Below are positions 56,796 through 64,000 of a DNA stretch of 64,000 bases, piece after piece (within the stretch, counting starts at the first letter, position 1; each line of letters begins with the position of its first letter). A program made the position numbers and the translations under genes. The stretch is from Eledone cirrhosa (Eukaryota). The notes below the pieces were generated by a model, which worked only from the letters and a program-made list of their open reading frames with translations, made no database searches and was not told the DNA's origin. The stretch lies in contig OZ024740.1 in NCBI GenBank assembly GCA_964016885.1, forward strand, positions 157,728,001 to 157,792,000. The letters are read 5' to 3'.

Positions 56796-58400
56796 ATGTC
56801 TGTAGCACGTGTGAACGAAAACGCCACGCTCACTAAGGAAGAAGAGAGAAAGAAGCAAGCGGTACAAAGCGCTTTGCTTTCCCGCGTCAACGTTTTAAAA
56901 GACATTGTAAAAAGCGATATGCCGGACAAACAAGTAAATACGGGTGCAAACCCAATTAATTACAACGAAAGCACTAACAATGACAAAACCAACACACCAA
57001 ATGAGAAAGACAACAACAACAAAAATAAAAATAACTCAAATTACGAGAAACAGAACAACTCAAACACCAACAACGAAAACAAAATATCTTTTGCACAGAC
57101 TGCTAAAATATCAGTCACCTATGTGCTTGAGTATATAACGAATGCTAAAGAAATGCTTGAAAAAGCAAAAAAATATGTATCTTTTGGCGAAAATAGATCT
57201 TTTTCCATCAATTCGCCCCCAGTACTAAAAAAACAGACAGAATTACGAACTGTTGTATTCCGTACAATTGCCAACAAAACAAGAAAACCAGCACAACCAT
57301 CTCAAGCTGAAATTCAGTTGGTCCTGAAAGAGGCTATGAAAGATATAATTTTCATACAAAAGTATAAACTCTATGGGAGTTTATCCATATTGATGAAAGA
57401 CGAATTGGCGGCGAAAAAATACTCTGTGCCGCCAATTCGCTCCACGCATTACACATTTTTTCCAACCTACATGGGTAAAAAACCCCAAAGAATTTGGATA
57501 ACCACCATCACCCCAAACATAATCTACTGGTGGTTACTAACCGGTTTCCTCAACTTGGACGAGGACAACCTTATATCAATAGGGAAGGCATCCGGCGACG
57601 CGTTCAATGGAACGAGCATTGAAGTTCTGACCCAAATAAGGCCAGAATGTATCGCCCAAATCCCTGAACGCGTCATGCTGGATGACCGTACCCACCTCAA
57701 CATTATTGTGGAGGGTAGGTGTCCCTCCTGTTACCTCTGTGGCAACAGAGGTCACCTGAGGGCTGCCTCTCCCCAGTTCACACCGAAAAATCCATTGCTA
57801 CCAACACCCCAGCAACAACATCAAAAACAACCAACACCACCACCACCCCAACAACAACAACAAAACAACCACAACAACAACAACAAAAACCAACAACACC
57901 ACCACAACAATAACAAACACGAGAAAAAACAACACAGAACACTGTCCCACCCAACCCCTCCCCACCCAAAACAAATACAAAAACACACACACCGCAAACA
58001 CTACCAGAAAATATACCCCTCCCACCCAACAAGGAAGATGAACCCCTTTCGTCGCAAGACGAAAAAGATCCCTTCCAAATAGTAAACAGAAAGAATAGGA
58101 GGCGCTCCACAGACACACTTGTTAACATAAACCCTCCCCAAGAGAAAACAAACTATATACAAACCCCCTCCCCTTCACACAACACTAACTGCTACGCAAT
58201 ACAAACAAGAACACAAACAACAAAGAACTAATGAATACAATTTCGTCAAACCCTTTGGTCCAAACTGAAGGGCCTAACTTTCTAACTGCTGTGGGACTAC
58301 CTCATTTAAAAATGGTTAAAGTCCCAATGAACTTATTCAAAACAGTGAAAATAAATTTCATGGAGGACGTGCCTCCCCCCCCCCCCCATGCACCAAGCCA
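56796..58400 (+). pseudogene. LINE ORF1 (gag-like, zinc knuckle), frameshifted
   Basis: VEGRCPSCYLCGNRGHLRAASP with low-complexity N/Q/P/T tracts. Homologous to 62715-63470. Confidence 0.8.
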
Positions 58401-58599
58401 ATCAACCGCATCCTCCTAAAACATTTCCCCACCCAGACACCCACTCAACTACAAACACCCCAACCCCACAACACACTGAAGCCCCTACACTTCCACAAAC
58501 CACCACCCACCCAACAACCCATCCCCCTCCCTCATGGAAATTGAGCGGCCCGCTCCCCGGGACGCAGAGAGGTAAGTGCTTTTTCTCCTTACCACCAGC

Positions 58600-61500
58600 A
58601 TGGCTGTGTTGAGAGTAGGGTGTCTAAATGCGCGTGGCCTGGGCTCACATTGGAAGCAAACAATGCTTCTAAATGACCTCAGGTCACGATCCATAAATGT
58701 GATGGTTATCTACGAGGCCCGGATCAGCAGTGTGCGACAGTTGGCCCCCACCTTTGATGACTTTGAGATGCACGCATCTCTCTGTCAGCCCGGAGGTGGG
58801 GGTGGGGTTGTCGTTCTGCTGCAAAAACATCTGGGTCTCGCCACAGAGATAGTTCACTTGGACCAAGGGGGTCGACTGGTGGTGCTGGACCTTGGCAGTG
58901 GTGAAGGTGGAGCCTTTAGGATGGTAGCCGCATATGCCCCTTTTGGGACAGAGCGGCCCGACTTCTTCCAGCGTCTGGAGTCTTTTCTAGGGACGTCCCG
59001 TTCCCTGCTTTTAGTGGGGACTGGAATGGTATCCTGGATGCACGTTGGGACTATGCAGGGGCATGTCCCAATAGAGAGGGGTGTAACAGCCTCAAGGAGT
59101 TGCTCGGCCGATTTGACCTGGCCGATAGATTTCGACTAGATTTTCCGACTGTGCCAACCTCGTCTTGGACAAATCGCAGTGGTCAATCTAGATCGTACCT
59201 AGATAGGTTCTTAGTTAGAAATAAGGACAGGGACTTTTTAAGTTGTCCAGAAATGCTCATGGTTGGCTATTCAGACCACAAGTTAGTGACCTGCATGGTC
59301 AACCTTGATAGAACGCAAAGACAGGGTCCCGTTTACTGAAAGCTGAACTTGTCCTTACCGGCAAGTAAAGCTTACAGGGACCGGATTAGTACGTTAGTTA
59401 AGGAGCGGTTGACTGGAGCGATCGTCAACAGCAGGTGGTGGGTATCTCTAAAGAGAGAGATTAGATTAGTCTCGATAGAATTTAGTAAGGTTCTAGCTGC
59501 GGATAGGAATAGGAAGGAAAGGGAGCTGATAGATAGAGTAGAAGAGGCAATTAGAAGCGGCGACGTGGCCAGAGTGCTAGCGTCGAGAACGGCTTTGAGC
59601 CAGTTTTTCGACGCGAAGCACGAAGGCTGCGCGGTCCGAAGTAAAATACGTGCTCTAGGGAACGAGGGGACCAAAGCTGTTAGCTGGGCCCGCGTGACAG
59701 AAGCCGAGAGGGGAACTAAATCCACCATCCGGTCTTTGCGAGACCAGGATGGACGGGCGATCCTTGAACCTAAGCAGATGTGTGAGGCCTTTTAAAGGCA
59801 CTTTGCCCGATTGTTCGGAAGGGGCGGGGAGCCGGTTGGGGAAGTGGACTTCGGTCAATACCTCGACGGCCTGCCGCGTCTTTCGGACGAGGAGGCGAAG
59901 TCCTGCGACGAGCAGATTTCACCCGCTGAGATAGAGGACGTGCTGAGCCAATGCGGCAAACGCAAATCCCCGGGTCTCGATGGTCTTCCATACGAACTAT
60001 ATCTAGCTATGCCGGACTTGTTCCCCGATCTCCTCGAGGCGGTCTACTGCAACTGGCAATAGAACGGGAGAATTCCCTGTTCTGTGACCAAGGGCGTAGT
60101 GGGGAAGGACGAGAACAAGGGGGATGAAATAAGTAACTTCAGGCCCATAACTCTGCTAAATACAGAGTTACAGATTTTGGCCAACATGCTAGCAAAGAGG
60201 TTGGCGCTTGTCGTGGGAAACCTGGTGGGAGATGCGCAGACATGTGCTATCCCGTCCAGGTGCATCCACGACAACCTCCACCTCATGCGATACATCATAG
60301 AGAGGGTTGGGAACGAACCCGGCTTTGGTGGGGCCCTGATAAACTTGGATCAATCTAAGGCGTTCGATAGGGTCGACCATGGTTACCTGGATGCGATGCT
60401 AGCGGCGGCAGGGTTAGGACCTGTTTTCAGGGGCTGGATCACTGCCTTACAAAGCAGCCGCATCTGCTCTAGGGTCAACGTGAACGGCTACCTCTCGGAG
60501 CCGTTCGAAATCGCGCGGTCCATCCGACAAGGGTGCCCTCTCTCCTCCCTTCTGTATGTATTGACTCTCGAGCCACTACTGCAGAAGTTGGAGTTGTTGC
60601 AGGGCATCCCTTTGGAACCGTGATTGCTGAAAGCGGTGTCGGCCTACGCCGATGACGTTACAGTAATGGTGCCGACGGCCTCCGAAATCGGGGCGATCGG
60701 TACCTTACTGGAGGAGTACGAAAGGTTCACAGGGGCTAAGCTGAACCGGGACAAGTCGATCGGTTTGCAACTCGGCACGTGGATGGGAAAACCGATGCCC
60801 TCCGATGGCGTCGTCGGACGCTGGACGGAGGGCCCGGTGAAGTTGCTCGGGGTCTGGTTCGGACCAGACCTCCAGGTAGAGAAGAACTGGGATGAGGTTA
60901 CGAACAGGGTGTTTGCACTGACCCAGAAGTGGGCCAGTTGCAAACTATCCCTGAAAGGTCGGGCGGAGGTGGCGAAAACTTATATAGCGTCCGTCATCTA
61001 CTACTGCATGACCGTCGTGGGAAACCCTCGCCAAGATGGAGCGCACACTTTTCCAATTCCTTTGGAAGAAGCGGTCTCCTTTGGTGAGGCGATCTATCCG
61101 CTGTCAACACCCTTCGAAAGGAGGGCTGGGGATGCCGTGGCTAATGATGCGTAAACACGCATTAAGGCTACGGCACCTCCACGTATTCCTCATCGGTCAA
61201 CCGGTGTGGGCCCCGTTTGTGAGACGAACCTTTCCCAGACACGTCTCACTCACCGAGCTGCAATCCTGGGTCAAGCAAAGACCGAGAAAACTGGGCGCCT
61301 GGCACACTGAGTGTGCCCAGGCGCTCACAGCCCTCTGGCAGGCGGACCCGGTTATCAGTGGAGACTCCACCACGACATTCTATAGAGGGCTGGTACGCAG
61401 CAGGTGCGACGACGCCCTCGGAGAAGCCCTAGACATGGAGGAAGACGAACTGGCCAGCCTGTTCGGTAGGACATTCAGCCCGGGACCTATGGACAACTTC

Positions 61501-62000
61501 CAGAAGTCCCTGGCCTCGCAGTGCTACCGAGGGGCTCTACCCATTCGAGAAAAGCTCTACAGACACGGGCGCCCGGGTAGGGACCCCGCCAAAAAGATCT
61601 GTCCCAGATGCGTGTGCGACGAGGAAACCGTTGCACACGCATTCGTACATTCTCGGGCGTAGCTGATCTGTGGGGCTATGTCGAACGACTGCTATCACGG
61701 GTGGGACCGATCCGGTTGACAAGCGAGGCCATTGTAACGATTAAGCCGCCTCCCTCCTTCAAAATAGCCATGTGCGTAATAGCCATGATGAAAGAGGTTG
61801 TATGGTGGACGCGTCTGAAAGGACTCAGATCAGGCACCTTTCTCTCTGGCCAACAACTGATCCGTTTCTTCCGATATCATTTCGGAAGAAGGATCAGGAT
61901 GGAGAGAGAGATGCTCAATCCCAGTCGTTTTTATGAAAGGTGGGTGAAAGTGGCGAGAATGGCCCGTGTGAATGGGCCTTCTCTCTACATCAGCCTGTAG
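58600..62000 (+). pseudogene. LINE ORF2 APE endonuclease-reverse transcriptase, with several stops and frameshifts
   Basis: CLNARGL, SYLDRFLV, SDHKLV, KSPGLDGLPYE, FRPITLLNT, LDQSKAFDRVDH, IRQGCPLS, AYADDVT, GGLG, CPRC..EETVAHAF. Confidence 0.92.
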
Positions 62001-62226
62001 GTGGAAAAGAGGAAGGAACGAGGGAACACCCTCTCCCTGTGCTCCTGAGGAGAAGGGGTTGCACACTTTTTTCGGGGGTGTGTGCGACCCCCCAAACGCC
62101 CCCTCCCTATTGAGGACTTTATTGTTAATTTTATATTTGTTAATTCTTTTCTTTACTCACCTTTTTGTGTAAACTCCTCCCTTGTATTTGTCCCCTTCTT
62201 TTGCGCCCTAGTGGCAATAAATAGAA

Positions 62227-62260
<34 letters not shown>

Positions 62261-62270
62261 TTATCTGACG

Positions 62271-64000
62271 CCATAATCTAGCTGTCGTCTGTTCTACAGT
62301 GTGGATGTAATTCACTTCGCGCAGAAGTTTTGTTCAAATTTATTGCAGAAATTTTGTGAGTTCAAATTTAATTTTGATACAATTGTGTAGCTTGACCCCC
62401 CGTCTGAACTGTCAGGTGGTGGGTCAGCTCATCTTTACCCCTCCTAGAGGTGAAAAACCTGTTAAAAAAAATTTTGTGGCAAAAAAATTTCAATCGTCTA
62501 ACAGAAATGTTAAACGCAGCGAACGAAAATAGTGGTGGGGGGACAGCGGTAAGAGTTGTAAGCTCGCACGCTTTAGTCCCCCTTCCTTCCCAACTAACGT
62601 CATAGAGAAGGAAGGAAAAATTAAAATAAAAACAGACGAATCTGCGGAGAAAAAAAATGACGAAAACACAAATCTGGACATGGATTCAACAATGAAAAAA
62701 AAAAATTTGAAAAATTGCATGACAATACTAATAACACAAACAAAGACACAACAAACACAAAAATAACATTTGAAAATAACACCATAACAGAAAGCAAAGC
62801 AGACGACAAGATTTCATTTGCACAGACAACAAAGAAATCCTTGACTTATATACCCGAAAATATTTCAGATGTGGCACGAAGAATCACAGACGCCAAACAA
62901 TACATAAGTGAAGGAGAGAATGGTATTTTATCGGTAAAAATGCCTCAAGAATTCACCAAAGACATTGAAAGCCGAACGGTCAAGTTCCGCACCATCAACA
63001 ACAGTACAAAAAAACCTGAACAGCCTTCTCAAGCAGATATCAAAACAGTACTCACAGAAGTACTTAATGAAACCACTTTCATAAGAAAAGACAGACTGTA
63101 TGGAAGCCTAGCAATTATCATGAAGAACGAATCGGCGGCAAAAAAATGTGCTTTGTCACCGATTCGTTCGAAAAATTTTACCTTTTATCCATCTTATATG
63201 GGTAAAAGAACTCAACGCATATGGCTGGATGCAATGATGCCAGATGTGGACTACTGCTGGCTCATAGCTGGCTTCATCGATCCAGTGAATGACAACGTGA
63301 TTTCCATTGGGAAAACCACAGGCAATGCGTTCAGTGGAACAGGTATAGAGCTGGTAGTGCAAATGAAGCCTGAACGCATCGCCCAAATACCCGACAGAAT
63401 CCTATTAGAGGGCCACGGGTATATAAACATTAGCGTGGAGGGGAGAAGGCCGTCCTGCCATATCTGTTGAGGCATAGGGCACCTGAAGGCCGCTTGTCCC
63501 CAACTCAACAAAAAGAAAATCCTGCTACCAACACCAGCTCCACCACCACCACCACAACAGATAAACAAACAACAAAACTCAGTCCCACCCAACCCGTCCC
63601 TCAGTAAAACCACACCACCACCACAACACAAACAGTCACAACACATTACCCCAAAACAAAATACAGGCCCACCCAACCTCTCACTCAATAAAACAACACA
63701 ACCACCGCAGACACACAACACAGTCTAACATAGTGACATCCATCTCCCCCACAAAGAAAACCAACACGGAAACATTACCAGCAAACATACCTCTTCCCTC
63801 CAACACTGAAGATAACCCAACGAATTCGGAGGAAGAAACGGAGTCCTTCAGACAGATTAAAAGGAAAAAAAGAAAACATGTGCAAAACACACAAGGCCAA
63901 ACAACCCCCACCCAAATCTCAACACAATCCAACAAAACAGAAAACACCCCTCCAGCAACAAACAAAACCAAACCTGCCCCTCCCCTCTTCGAAACACTCA
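62271..64000 (+). mobile_element. Second Tx1/L1-like LINE (5' UTR + ORF1), runs off the window
   Basis: ORF1 ISFAQT..PSQADI..LYGSL..FYPSYMGKRTQRIW..VEGRRPSCHIC*GIGHLKAACP, with an in-frame stop at 63468-63470. Confidence 0.88.

Larger units (their letters stand above)
56590..62270 (+). mobile_element. Full-length Tx1/L1-like LINE, inactivated
   Basis: 5' UTR, ORF1, ORF2 (APE-RT-Zn), and a 3' UTR ending GTGGCAATAAA followed by (CTAT)n. Confidence 0.92.

Overview
AT-rich eukaryotic intronic/intergenic DNA dominated by (TA)n, (CA)n, (GA)n and trinucleotide microsatellites. The SINE and LINE repertoire suggests an octopus or other coleoid cephalopod (inference). Almost all long ORFs in the supplied track are microsatellite artefacts. 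Supported content: several non-LTR retrotransposon lineages (a head-to-tail Tx1/L1-like array, an R4/Dong-like RT-RLE copy with an open 550-aa ORF and a 62-bp flanking duplication, CRE-like, CR1-group, and RTE-group including a twin-primed copy), a non-autonomous Helitron, a hAT MITE, many tRNA-derived SINEs, a tRNA-like cassette, and one candidate signal-peptide first exon of a host gene (minus strand). The most notable layer is invisible to the ORF track. About 16 type I hammerhead-ribozyme motifs from about ten dissimilar sequence families (7 copies with an intact core and all three helices) lie in short non-coding elements, most of them embedded in (TA)n tracts. These are often arranged as foldback inverted repeats or partial tandems, the architecture of Penelope-like pseudo-LTRs or retrozymes. 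They include forms with very long helix II and a U3-A8 core variant. All structures were read by eye, and none has been computed or tested.
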